Shown piece by piece: positions 35,501 to 52,632 of a stretch of 64,000 nucleotides of DNA. Source of the stretch: Bugula neritina (lineage: Eukaryota > Animalia > Bryozoa); the NCBI GenBank assembly GCA_964035545.1, contig OZ037767.1, forward strand, positions 20,414,628-20,478,627. The letters are read 5' to 3'. The translations under genes were made by a program, and so were the position numbers. The notes under the pieces are model-generated. The model was not told where the DNA came from. It saw nothing but the letters and a program-made list of their open reading frames with translations, and did no database searches. How positions within the stretch are numbered: position 1 is the stretch's first letter; each line of letters begins with the position of its first letter.

Positions 35501-38500
35501 GTGTATGCCGACATATTTATTTTTCTCCATAAAATAAGTTAAAATGTTGAGCAGATACTTATATAATCTGAGAAATCCTCTACACGTGTTGAGAAATCAG
35601 GCTGAGCTCAGTAAAGGCTATGTTATGTTATGTCATGCTATGTTACATTAGGCTAGAGTTTGTATCAACTTTTTTCCTATTCAACAAGTGAATCTGAATA
35701 ACTCTAAGCTTTGCAATAAGCATGAATAAGCCAATATAATATGCATAGCGAATTGAGAAGACATTTACTGGTTCCTAATTAAATTAGTGAAAGTTGTTGA
35801 ATTTCTGCAAATGAAAACTTGGCAAGTTTCCACAAAACAATCTAACAGCTAATTTTTCAGGGTCATGTGTTTAGAGAGGATTACGACCCATCAGAATATT
35901 ATGCAATGGGGCTTCACGCTAACCGACCAATGGTTGTTGCTGTAAGTATATCTCACTTCCGTATGAAAAGCACATGAATACTGCAGCGTTTTAAAATTGA
36001 TTATGGTTGAAGTTAAATCTAGAAACCGTAACCAATTTAGCAGAATTTTAATTGTAGTAGTATAAAATAATTGTATTTTAGATCCTTCAAAATTCTTAGA
36101 ATATTTTTGAACTATCACTGTGTTTTATTGGAGGTTAGACACACGCTTAAAAATCATATTTACTTTAGCATATGTTATTTATCTGCAATCAGTCAAAGCC
36201 ATTTGAATAATTATACATATAGAAAGAAAAAGAGCGGCAAAAACAAGTACATTGTCTGCACAGCAAACTGCCAATTCTGAACTATAACCAGTTGGTAAAA
36301 GTTGTTACCTGTTGCTATTCTATGTTGCTAATTTTTGATGTTGAGCTTATTCTTTAAATGTTGTGCTGATTAATAATTTTGCTGACAAACTACAAAAGAC
36401 TTTGGCGCAAAAAAAATAAATATTTTTTTCTTGCACCAAAGTCTGTTGTAGTTTTTCAGCAAAATTATATATATATATATATATATATAAATATATAACA
36501 GCGTATATATACTATGCATGATGATATGATATGGTATAATAATATATCATATTATATATATGATATAATATATATCATAATATGATATGATATATATATT
36601 ATGATGTGATATGATATAATAGGGTGTAATATGATATAATAGGGTATGCAAGCAACGTTAGACAAACCTCTAAGGGACCCAACTCTTCTCCAAGGAGATG
36701 CAAGAAACATGGAGGATCAGACAATCATTCGATGTACTTCCGGCTCGAAGTACCGCGGAAAGAGTTTAGACACGATACGTCTTCCAACTTTACCCTTAGT
36801 TCCTAAAGGACGCCATGGCACTGAGAATGATACGTGGCTAGCAATGCCTCTTACTGATATTGAAAGTCCTGTTAGACAAACAAGCAGGTAAAATAATTAT
36901 CTATCTAAATATATACATTTATAACTTTTTTGATGTTTTTTCATATTATTAAAATACCTGCAGATTCATGTAATTCCAATTCTCAAGCTAAAGCTTTTAC
37001 TAATCATGTAAATATTTAAGATGGCTTGAAGAGGTAAATGGAAATGTTGTGTTCACCTCATATGTAGGCTTTAGATCCCATAAACCATGCCTGCTCCCAT
37101 ATAACTTGCATTTCAGCACCTCAAAAACTTGTAACATTTTGAACTTTGGAGTTGTGATTACATTACTACTACTATAATATGCACACGACACTATTGCTAT
37201 GGGCACTGCATTGTTCATTATGTTGTATCATAGTTTGTATTAATCTTGTATATGTACAGAAAACATAGCAAGGATATGATTTCGAAAGGTAGGGGGAGAT
37301 CAATACCCCCTACCCTAGATATCAACAACATCAAAATGTAAGATTGCTCATTTCCGCTGCAAAGCGCATTTGTTCCATGTTATAGTTGCTAAATCTTTCT
37401 AACTTTTCTCATATTAAGAGTTGCTGTATTTTTAGCCATCAAAACTGTAACTATTATTGTAAATCTTGTGCTATTGCTAGGTGCACTGTAAGGCAATGTG
37501 TATGGAATATTGAGTATCCATAATGTTCTACAGAGTTTGTGTTTTAAGCGTACATGTAGTGGCCATGTTTGTGTGATTATAGCTGTTTGTGATACTTTGG
37601 CATTTTAAAAGTTAGATTGGTGATTTCCTAGAAGAGGTGTTGATGCCAGTCAAAATGTCATGTCTCTTTTAAATATTTCCCACTTAATAGTCCTTACCAT
37701 AAATAATCGCTGCATTTATGGTATAGTTATCAGTACTGCTACTACTACAGTTACTCTCATAACAACTACCAATACTACTACTATCACTGCTACTATCACC
37801 ACAACGACCACAGCTGCTACTACTACCACCATTATACAATACAATTACCACTACAATTACTACTTTTACTTGCTTTTTATTGTTTTGCATCATTCTATAT
37901 CATCTACTCTACTCTGGTTGGGTTTACTTTACTAGCAATACGTCTCACATTTCTTCTCTAGTCAACTTGATATCTGATGGTCTGTTTTGAAATGCAGGCG
38001 TAGAATGGTCGGCTCTGATCTCAAATCAGAGATCAACTTTGGAAACTGGTCGGTTCAGACGTATGGCAAGGATGTTAGAGACACAGAGATGCGCATACAG
38101 AAAAGACGGCAGTGTCCACAACCACCCTTTACCAAACCAAGAATCGTAGGTTATGCCCGAAAGAAACTTCCAGCTGCTAAGGTAAGCTACCATAAAGTCA
38201 TGATAACCAGCAATCTATGTACATCCAAATCCAAGCTGTTAATTAGTATAACGAGTACAAGAAAAGATCTCAAGACCTCCATATTGCCTGATGATATCAC
38301 CAAAGCTATTATTTTGTTCAGGAGGGTCATAAATCTAGAACTTTGCCGTTTGCAAATCCTAACTACCACCAGGACAACTGTCCATTTGGTGTCAACAAAC
38401 CGGAGCCGACAATCTCAACAGCAGCAGAGATGGGTTTAGACAGCAAGTGGAGGCTACACACAGCACCTGTTAAGAGTCAGCTGAATGTGACATTCAATGA

Positions 38501-38576
38501 CAACCCAGACATTATTTCTGCTCCGCCAACTACCACAACTGCAGAAGTGCCAGAAAAAGTCTCGCTAACAACTTAG
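32537..38576 (+). CDS. FAM228B: FAM228-family protein, about 437 aa, 8 exons
   Basis: Exons 32537-32647, 32880-33041, 34611-34688, 35051-35248, 35861-35941, 36643-36887, 37998-38181, 38322-38576 splice in frame. The core RKKEILHKNWNERVYEPI...YIEHVNKKGHVFREDYDPSEY resembles FAM228A/B. The A-versus-B assignment is not resolvable. Confidence 0.78.
36373..36468. repeat. Fold-back palindrome of about 96 nt (arms about 46 bp) followed by (TA)n; probable MITE remnant
   Basis: ataattttgctgacaaactacaaaagactttggcgcaa pairs with ttgcaccaaagtctgttgtagtttttcagcaaaattat with 3 mismatches. Confidence 0.7.
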
Positions 38577-39335
38577 ATCGATTCGAGACTGTAGACTTCT
38601 TGCTTATGTTCTTAAGAGAAGATTATAGAGTGAATGCCATTACACTTTATATTTAACATATAAAACCTAGTATTTTATTAAATAGTGGCTTATATTTTGG
38701 TTCACAGACAATATTTCGGCAGAGAACAAGTTTTTGATGTAAATAAACTTATATTTTTCGGTATTACCCACATAAGAGGTCATATGGTGATGAATTTTTT
38801 AAACATGATGTGATATTTTGATTATATGCTCAATCTAAGGTTACGAAATCTACAAGTGGCTGTATTTTATTTTATATTTCATTGTGTATATTACTGAATG
38901 CTGCTATGCCACTGACAAGTTTACTTGTGTTTGGTGATTATCTTGTATCTTAACTCAATGTTGCTAGTGTACAACTCATAAAATAAACAATAAAGTACTC
39001 AACCCATTTTTGACAGACAGATTATTTTTAAATATATTGCAACAAATAAAAAAATGCTTTGATAACATAACATAATAATCTGAATCTCATATTATTGTGA
39101 ATATATAAATGCTTGCACTTGTACTAAAATATGAATACATACAAAGAATAACTTCATAACAGTTGCAAACTTTCAGTCACGTATTGCATCATGCTGCTGA
39201 GGGTTGGCGAGTCCTGAGAGTATAGAGTTGTCTTTTCTTTACAGAACATGGTTATTAAAAACAACCAATGCCTTTAGAGGTTAGGATTTCCTTTAATTCT
39301 TACAGAAACAGTTCTTGGAGTTATCTTCTCACCAG

Positions 39336-42300
39336 TCACCTGTACGTTGCCAATATCTGATCTTCATCCTCCATCTCAGAGTCACTCCCTTCATTGTCTT
39401 CACTTTCACTGTTCTGGTCTCCAGGTTTTCCTGCTGCCATAGAAATTTATTACAAAGATGAAATAAAATTGTCAATAAAACAGAAAATTTGTGCTTAAGT
39501 TGGGAGCCGAGGCTCTGCATGATTTTCAAATAGCCTAAAAGAGAAAACCAGCATGGTATACCCTGAGCACACTGTAAGGGAGTGGAGATGCTATAAGCTA
39601 TATTCTTGTGAAGTGAGGGAACTAAAGCTAATTATACTAATAGCACTGAAGTGTATAAATATCTATATTTAGCACCTGATTTAGAAAAACTGGGTGAATA
39701 TTGATTATTGAAGCAAGTGAACAAAGCATTCAGAATGTAGACAGGAGAATGCAGCTTACCTGCTGCTAGCTCTGATAGCTTCAGTTTGAGAGTTTCCCCG
39801 ATGGATTTGTTGATGCAGGCTCTGATGTCATTACAAGCATTAGGTGGCAGGAAGCCATGCTGCTTACTGCACGGGGGCTCCTGTGTACAACACAACACAA
39901 ACTGAGTCAGACAGTGGAGAGCTAAGGCTAAACATTAGAATGACTTCAACATGAATGAACATTTCATCTCTAATAAAATCAAGGAAATTATTAGCCTAAT
40001 AGTGATACTGATTGAGTATACAAAGATGAACAACTCCAAAATATCAATGTTCACTATTATGTCAGTTCTTAAATTTGCATAAACAATTTCAGTTCTAATC
40101 TGGTAGGTAGAGTAATGTGGTACGTACAGTAGTGTGGTAGGTAGAGTAATGTGGTAGGTAATGTGGTAGATAAAGTAATGTGGTAGGTACAGTACTGTGG
40201 TAGGTAGACCATAGAAGACTTTCTTACGCTACACATGATATGGTTTAGTAATAGGCTACCTTGAAGTTGTTAGCATTAACAATATTTTCAACTTCTGGAA
40301 GTTGAATATCACAGATCTGATAAAATAGTTGCCGGTAAGGGGGGATGATTCCATGCCAAAACTTATACATCATTTCCTACAACCAGGCATTAATGAAAAC
40401 GCAATCCTTTATATAAAAATAGAACAATCAGCTCAGTTTTTCACTATTCTATACCAACTACATTGTATTTAGAGATATCGTAGAATAAATAAACCCATAT
40501 ATCTGTTTTGAAACAATAAAATAAAGTTGTGAACATGTTGATAAAAAATGCTTTACCAAATCAATTCATCACAACACAGCATAGAAAAAGGCAACACCAC
40601 ATTTCTGTCAGCCTTCCTAACCCACTCACTAATTCCTTCACTAACACTCACTCACTCACTCACTCACTCACTCACTCACTCACTCACTCACTCACTCACT
40701 CACTCACTCACTCACTCACTCACTCACTCACTCACTCACTCACTCACTCACTCACTAACTAACTCACTCACTCACTCACTCACTAACACACTTACCTTGG
40801 TGGCAGCGAAGACAAACATCGAATTTCAAATCAAAAAATAAGCAGCTTATTTGCTTAACTTATAGAATGCAAGAAGTAGAACACTTACAACCAGTTAAGG
40901 AGACTCACACCATACACAGACACAACATACCCTCTCCTGCTCACTGATCTCTTCCTCCTCGTCATCTTCTTTAGTCAAGAACTCCAACTGGTCAGACCGA
41001 ACCAACTTGGGCTTAGCCTTGGAAATAGCCGGCAAATATTTGCTGTAATTCCGCTTGTAGTTGACCAACTTCAGCTCCTTCTCAGTTTTCTCCTCTAATT
41101 GTGTTTAGACAACATGATTATTAGGTTGTTCATTAAAGCGATAGAAAAGTAAAAATTACATATTTAAAATGCTGAACAGATGAAATGAGTCAAACAGCTG
41201 AAAGAAGATTAACAGCATTAGTAAAGTATTTTTAGCAAAACTAGAAGAAACATACTCGGCCTGTATCTGTAATCTATTAGTTGCAGGTGCTTAGCTTCAG
41301 GATGCTGTTTAGGGTCATAGCTGTAGCGAATCCACATGGTTCGCCAGGGGCCAGAGATGGAATAGTAGGCTAGGCAGGGTAAAAACGCCTACACATATCA
41401 GCACACAACATTACAAATTCATTAAAACTCGGTCTATATAAAATTTCCCAGAGCCTAAAATTAGAAGATGACTTACAGCCAGTGCGAAGCAAGAAGATAC
41501 AATAGGCTGATGCTAGCCAACACTAGGAAGAGATGTTTACGGAGTAGCGGTACTTGTCAGCTCTTGTAATTAATAAATATTCATTCCATTCCACTATTAT
41601 CAATTTAAGATGCATGAACGCAGTATTTGTACTCTTTGGTAACAAATAACGTTAATGAGACAAAGAGTTAGTAAATAGTTTAGTAGACATACCTTGAGAC
41701 GATTAGCATGCAGTTGTGTGATAGCACTTAGGGCAGCTCGAGTCCAGATTGGTCGCTTTTTAAACAGCTAAAACAGATACCTTGTGTGTATGCATAGCTG
41801 AGAAAACATTAGGCATGGTATATGCAAGCAGTATTTATAGTGTGTATTATTATAGGAGAGCGTTACCTCGCGAACTTCTTCGAGTTTTTCCTTCAAATAT
41901 TCTGTGCATATCTTAAGTTCTGCAGCAGGGTAGGGGCAGGTGGGAACCTCTCCCTCATATGGCACAGTTTGATTGAAGTTCGATCTCTTTTTACGAGCTG
42001 CAACACAATAGGACAAAATATGTTTTGTATGAAATCGAATATTCAGATCAAGGTGAGATGTCATTGGCATGGAAGCACAGGTAAGGTGTTCCCACATACT
42101 TTGTAGTGGCTTATTCATGCTTATAAGAATGCTAGTCTTAAATTCTCTGGTTGAATATACCAATCGGAAAAGTTAATAGTAAACAAGGCTCGGAATCAAC
42201 AGCAGACGTCACATGCCCAAATCACAACACTGAAGTCTCGAGCGTACTGATGGCTACTCAGCATTTTTGTCTGATATGAGGCAAAAAAGTTTATTCTCTG

Positions 42301-43987
42301 GGCTTGCAATTAGTAGTTCCGAAGAGTTACTTTTGACTGAATGATGTGACCAACTCCGTAGTTATTTATAAACTTTAGCAACAGCCGAAAAGTCACCCCA
42401 ATGAATAAAAAGTTGAGCTTAAATACTTAAATCAATATTTCATATTAATGCTATTTACTAGAAATACTAAATAGTACTATTTAGAGTATAGCAAATAATC
42501 TCACCAATTAAACAATTCATTTTAATTAAAAACCGTGTTTTTTAAATCATATTATGTTTGACAAAATATTCTGCAGTTGCAGAAAACAACAGTTACCAGT
42601 TCAGATTGACATACCTGTCGGACCTGCGTTGAAAGAAGAGCCATCTTGGCTTTCTTCTGAAGCTACTTTCGTATCTTCTTCTTTAAAGTGGTAAGCATAG
42701 GGTATGTCAAGGGGAGAGAATATCCGAGGAACGAAGTGCAATGGTGCTCCATTATTCATCCAATCTAAGGACTCTAAAGTCTCGATTGTACTTAGACCTT
42801 TCAAAGATTTGTATTTGTCTCCATTAGCCTCTACTGTGAGATATTGGTAATCCATCATCGCTATAAAAGAGCTCAATGTTTTAAGCACGGGAAAAATTAA
42901 TTGTCAATTATTACTTTAGTTTCACTCATACAAAGCAATATGTATTAACATACTGTAACTGTTAAAATAAAAACATGTTGCGTTTAACAAACTAATCACA
43001 TGTTTGCTCCTCTTAAAAGCAAAAGCCATTTACACAAAACTAACCTCAAAAATTTGATGCATTTAGCATTGAATATGAATGAGACTTACTAGTAAATTTA
43101 TAAGTAGTGGAAATAATTCCCACCAGTTTCACACACAGTTTTGAAGCACCGGTCTTTTTATTACGCCTTTGCTTAACATTAAGTAAAACAGAACTAGAAG
43201 GGTAACATGTTCCATAAGCAGCTTTGCAATAAATATCATTTGGCCTATAACGAAGTTTCAGCCGAGAATCTGGGTTTAAATATACCTACAAACAAAAGTG
43301 ACATAATTTAAGCTCATATATATTTTTTAAAAAAGTATTTGTTAAGCATAAGAATTTTTAAACTTTTACTTTTAAAAAAATCTTTACAATGATTACAGCT
43401 ACCATGACCACAAGATAATGTTTTTTCGATTTGATTTCAGTTTTAAACAAATAATTAATTTTATGACCATACTTATAATAATTTATAAAAATAATTAAAT
43501 ATAACACTGATGAGTGATGGTCAAGGTGATATTGGTATCAACGGTAAAAAACCTAAAACTTAAAAAAATATTTAAATTCAACTTATTAAAAACAACTCAT
43601 TAAGATTAGGTTAATTGATTAACTCACAACATTAACTTTAAGCTTGAAGTTGAGAATTTTTTTAAAATTCAATTCGAGCACGTGATCATGATGATGAAAA
43701 GCCATCTGAAAAAGCAAAACTGAAACAATCAAGTTAATTTTTTGAAACTAAATTCAAACAGATGACTGCTACTAAAATATTACAGATTAATACTAAATCA
43801 GTGTTGAACTCGGTGTCACTGCAAACGACGGGGATTAAGATTAAGAGTTAACCTTTTCCACTCCTTCAGTTCCATCTAGAGTTCGCAATGCTTTTTCTGC
43901 ATCCAGAATTTTACCAGGATATTCTATGTTTATGAAAGTGCAAACATCACTACACTGTATAATAACAGCTTGCTTATTTATCTCCAT
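39336..43987 (-). CDS. GTF3C5: General transcription factor IIIC subunit 5 (TFIIIC63/tau95), about 470 aa, 10 exons
   Basis: Exons 43987-43853, 43285-43090, 42860-42615, 41997-41867, 41767-41693, 41388-41256, 41094-40931, 40376-40260, 39880-39760, 39430-39336. Motifs IEYPGKI, LRYRPNDIYC, MMDYQYL, LFKKRPIWTRAAL, AYYSISGPWRTMWIRYSYDP, IPPYRQLFYQICDI and an acidic C-terminal tail. Confidence 0.93.
40085..40210. repeat. 17-bp minisatellite (tgtggtaggtagagtaa), about 7 copies, near a GTF3C5 donor
   Basis: Tandem units read directly. Confidence 0.7.
40622..40790. repeat. (ACTC)n tetranucleotide microsatellite in GTF3C5 intron 7
   Basis: Read directly from the sequence. Confidence 0.95.
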
Positions 43988-44311
43988 CTACTTCTAGCAT
44001 GTAAATTTAACTATCATTAAACTTAACTGTCATTCCGAATAGATAGCACATCGAATTTGATAATTATCATTATAGTGAAAGCTGTTTTGAAATATTAATA
44101 GCATGTGCCTATGTTTTGACTTTTTTGTTTCCTATCTTTTCTCGCAAAGAAGTAAAGCAAAAGAAGATTCGTTGCAGCTATTCTCGTTTTCACACAGTTG
44201 ATCAGTTTCCGTCGTATCCAAATTTCGTTATCACAGTACTTACTATTTATAGTTATACTTGTAATACTACTATTCTGGCCTACTTACTTTGATCTGTTGC
44301 TAGTTGTTTAA

Positions 44312-47242
44312 ATGGCTTCACGAAGAAATCCATTTTTTGCACTTAGATGCTTAGGAAGCTGCTCAACACTGTTTGGGATACTATCGATCATAGTTGGTGT
44401 GTCTGAGATGTGTGTTTGGTTAGCAGTTCTTGGCGTTTTTGGGAACATTTCCAAAGATGAGAAACTATGGTTAGACCATTCTTATGGAGGTGCCTCTGGT
44501 TTTGTGTTAGTGTTTCTTTCAGCATCTGGACTGTGGTGCGGATTTTGGGTATGTTATAATTAATGTCAAGTTCAACTTCAATTGGGCCGATCATTAACAA
44601 TCACAACTTTAAACATTAATTGCTGATTAGTGAATTATTATTAAATATTAGTGTTATTGTTACACTTGCAGTTACTAAGTTAGATTTTAAGTTAAAGTTG
44701 ATAATTGTAATATTAATGATACTAATATTAATAGTTAAACTTAATGTCAATTCAATTCAATGGCTATTATTAAACTGTTACCAATTGACTCATTCACACG
44801 TGATTATCATTCATTGTGAATATTAAACTTATAAATTTGTAGTTTATGACTGTAATGATAATGACTAGCCATTAGTAATAGTAATAATCTCAATCCTAAT
44901 GGTATACTAATAATTAAATGGTGATAATATACTAATATTAATAATAATAGTGGTGAGTTTTATAGACTATAAGTATAAGTATAAATTTATGAAAGTGCAC
45001 TTAAATTTATTTTCGTTATAGCATATTGATATCGATATAAATGTGCTACAAGAAAATAACAGAATATATTCATTCTCTCTTTTATTTCAACTTGAATATT
45101 TATGTTTTGTTTTACAATAATATCCATATTGAACATGAAAGTTACTTATAGTTATTTTATAGTCAAAAGCATATATCATATATGTAATTACATTTTAATA
45201 TTAATGTTTCAAAATCCGATTATTGTTGTAAAATTAAAATCTAAAAGTGTTATTAATTGGGATGTTTGTGTGACTTTTAGTTTGTATTTTACATTAATGA
45301 CTGAATAAATATTTCAAACTAAACAGTTCAATAGCTAAAAACTACATGCTTAGATAATTTTATGAAAATTCTGGTTATATATGTGAGCGGGCAATTTTGT
45401 TGTTGTTGCATCATTTCAAGTATGTTAAAATTTTCCAGTGAATCGCTATATGATGAAAGTCTTGTATGATCCTTTAAGCAGTTGAAGTTAGGCTTTATGT
45501 GAAACATGCTTTAATGTTCATAAAATTAACTTAGCTTTGAGTGTTCTGAATTATTTTGTAGATGTTCTGTACTGGAGTTTGTGGGTGTACCATACGAGTT
45601 GGGCAGCCATCTGATAAAAATAATAGAACTGTAAGTGTTAATGTAACCATAAGTTCACACAGTTAAAAGCATCTGTGTGCTTGTATTATGAGTAAGAAAT
45701 CATTTCAATTGAATAGCTATAGCCTACTTTTGATTATATGTACTTCTTGTGCGGCAAGACAAAATTATGGCAATAAATTATAAAGCATACCTGTTAAAGA
45801 AAATATTGAAATAAATTTATTTGTTTGTTTGTGTTCTGTTATATATAGCTCAGAATCACTATTAATATTTCATAATTTGTTTCATAGTGCCCTTTAGTAA
45901 TTCACTTGCTATTTATTCTAGAGAATTGTGGTGTGTCTAGCCTCAGGTTTCAATGCCATCATCTTCTGCCCCGTTCAGATTGCACTCTATGCTTTTCTCT
46001 TCACACCAGAGGTAAGTGTGTTTTCCTGTTTAAGACTTGGTTATTTTTCGTGTGTAAAAGTGGTCAAGTGTAGCTTTCAATCGCAGAATTTCTCGATTAA
46101 ATTTTATATATTTGAGTTTTATTTCTAGATTTTTTACTAGTTCCTTGCTATATTGTAAGTTCAACACAGCTGAGTCAACATTTTTTAGATGTTTAATTTT
46201 TTTATAAAAGAACGCAACATTCTTATATTGATTAAAAGGATAACAAATTAGGAATGAATAACTACTGTGAAGACGGGTGAGCTGTGCACTGGTACTGTTA
46301 TTTGATAAGACAACTCCTGTATTTGCTTGTAGAAAGCCTGGTTCAATGAGCTGTATTTGGTGCAGCCAGTTTGGTGGGCCGTCATGTTCCAGTCTATAGG
46401 GATATTCTCTGGGGTGGCCAGTTTATTCATCTGTGTGGCCACTTTGGTAGTTGCATTGCGTACTAAATCTTACGCTGGGGAGGCTAGGGTGTGTATTCTA
46501 TACTGTGTATATTAGCTCTTGTTTTGTCAGCCTAACCGTGCTCTTGTATACTCTCAGTCTATTATCTGTGCTGTTTAATTGCTCTAGAGTCTAGAAATAT
46601 TACATTAACAATTAAGAATATATTTTGAAGTTGCCTTCTCCTAATATATAAGTAATTATTGGCTCTTGTAAAGTCTGAATGATTCCGTGAAATAATCAGG
46701 GATCCCATAAGTTGAAGTGTGGGGTTTCATGCAATTCCTTGTGGAATAAAATACTTGTTGCTAAAACAAACTTGCATTGTTGGATTAAAACATGTTTGAA
46801 CATCAAATCAAAACATTCATTGTGATTGTGTAAAATAAAAATGATTTAAAATAAATAGAATAACTTCTACTTGATACTATCACCATTATCAGTGAGTGCT
46901 AATTTTACTAGTGTTAGTAATGGTAGCACAGGCACACCTCTATTTCACATATTATATTAGTCTAGCTTCAAGCTTCTCCACTGGAAGCACCTTTCAGTGG
47001 TAGTAGTGCTGGTAGCAGTATTGGTAATGGTAGTAGTAGTAGTACCACTAACAGTAGAAGTACTACTACTATTAGTAGTAAGTACTTAGTAGTGGCAGTA
47101 TTATTAGTAGGAGTAGCAGTAGTTGTAGTAATGACAATAGTAACGATAGCAGTAAAGTCATTGCAGTTATTTTATTGCTTGCTATGCATAGTATTTACTT
47201 ATGTGTGTCAATTTTCAGACTTGGAATGAGATGGACTTGTAG
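44312..47242 (+). CDS. Four-TM membrane protein, MS4A/CD20-like (paralog A), about 191 aa, 5 exons
   Basis: Exons 44312-44548, 45562-45630, 45922-46011, 46333-46488, 47219-47242, all with phase-0 introns. Four hydrophobic segments and the motif SGLWCGFWMFCTGVCGC. The family name is inference. Confidence 0.7.
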
Positions 47243-47289
47243 AATAGAAACAAAATCAGTCAAAGAAACAGCAGGAAAACACACTACAT

Positions 47290-47478
47290 TTCTAAGTATT
47301 ACTCTGTTACCTTTCTAAGTACTACTCTGTTACCTTCTTAAGTACTACTCTGTTACATGCCTAAGTACTACTCTTTTTATTCACGAGTACTACTCTGTTA
47401 CATTCCTTCATACTACTCGGTTACATTCCTTCATACTACTCTGTTACATTCCTAAGTACTACTCTGTTACATTCCTGA
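47290..47478. repeat. Minisatellite of about 23 bp (ctaagtactactctgttacattc), about 8 copies, in the presumed 3' UTR of paralog A
   Basis: Tandem units start about 50 nt after the stop codon. Confidence 0.8.
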
Positions 47479-49206
47479 ACACATTTGATTAAAATATTGC
47501 TTGGTCGAGTAGAGCTCAACATAAATTCAAGTTGAACTCCATATGAAATATTAATATCATAGTTTTTCATCCTTGATCACATTGTACATTCCACGTTGTA
47601 TATAACTGTACTTAGTATTTATATATTTGTCATATAACATACAATGGATGTATATTTTATTTTTTTAATTTATATCTTTTATTATACATCATTCCAATGT
47701 TTTTTGAAATATTACTTTTGTAAAATTTCTTCTTATTTCACTATGATTATACACAATAATACAATAACCCAACTCTTCTTCAGTATAATTTTAACCCAAA
47801 CCAAGAATTTTGATCAAATTTTGGCGTGTAATATAATGTAATATATAATATACAGGTGTGCAATATAAAATATAGATATAATATATTGTTGTGTACTGCA
47901 ATATAATATTTAAATAATGTGGTAGTGTGTAATGTACTATTATAAATTACAGTATAGCATAGAAAGTCTTTTCAAAAATTCTTTACAAGATAGCATTAGA
48001 AGTCAATCTTACACAGTGATGGTGTTTTTAAAGCATATTATTATGCTTTGTTATCACCAAATGTTGAGATCAAAATAGAACTGGTTGCAGTTCTTATTGG
48101 ATACCCAATAAGATATCTCAATTTATGAACCATTAATAAGTAGTTTCTGAAATGCTCAGCTAACCAGAGTGCACTGGTTTAGAAAAAATTGTTTATTTTT
48201 AGCTAAAAATAGATGCATGCCCAGGGGTTACTGATTAATTCTAATAAATAATGGCTAAAACCAAAAGTCTGTATGTACCCAATAGTCTAATTGCACTCCT
48301 GACTGTGAATATATTAAACTCTATTTATTGTTAGAGTTGTCTGCTCTTCTTACTTGCTGCCATCTCTTTTGCTCGGAAACTTTAGTTGATGGAAAGACAT
48401 TGTAGTGCTGCAACAATGTACTTGCAAAGGAAATTTGGATAGCTATAAACTTGGGATAGCAAATCAGCTTGAATTCTGCCTTGAAACTTTTGTTGGTTAA
48501 AATTTATTCTTTTAAGCATAGAAATTATCTGTAGGTTGTAAGCTAGAAATAATGTTAGGTGACTCAAGTCACTAGCTATAATAAATCCTCAACTGCTGTA
48601 GGACTTAGCTAGCAGTCCACAATATAAATGTTGTGAGTCAAAGGTTACAGTTTTCTTTAAGATGCCCAAGCTCTATATGCTGGAAGGGGTGGTATTATGT
48701 TTTACTAATTAATGTTGGTGCATTGTAAAAGAATGTATGAACTTGTATTTTTATACTAGCCAGTCTAGCTCAACTAGGGCCACCCCCATATCTTTCTTTC
48801 ATTTCATAATACATACATTGTTACTCTAAATTACATCAGTACAAGGGCTTTTAACACTAATGTTTTTTCAGCAGCCTTGTTAATGAATCATTGGGTTATT
48901 ATTAAGATGTGTTTAGTTTGAATTACCTGAAGCGATCAATAGAACACTAGACTTTCTATTGACACTGAAGCAGCAAGCAATTCAAAGCAACACTAGCTAT
49001 TCAACTCCATCTTTTTACTCATACGCATACCACACTAGATTCATAGGTGTGGTCGTATCATATCACAGCTTGTTTTACAAAACCTAGTAGACCAGTTGCG
49101 AATTGTCTGATTTGTGTAGAACTTAAGATGTGAAATGCTTTGGTGGACAACTGATTGAATCTAGCTTTTAGTCAACTTTCAACATACACAACCAACAGAA
49201 CTAATC

Positions 49207-52632
<3,426 letters not shown>

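Noticed and set aside
37288-37318. ggtaggggg…ccccctacc hairpin followed by ctag as a Helitron 3' end
   Set aside because: CTAG follows almost immediately rather than about 10 nt downstream, and no 5' TC end could be defined.
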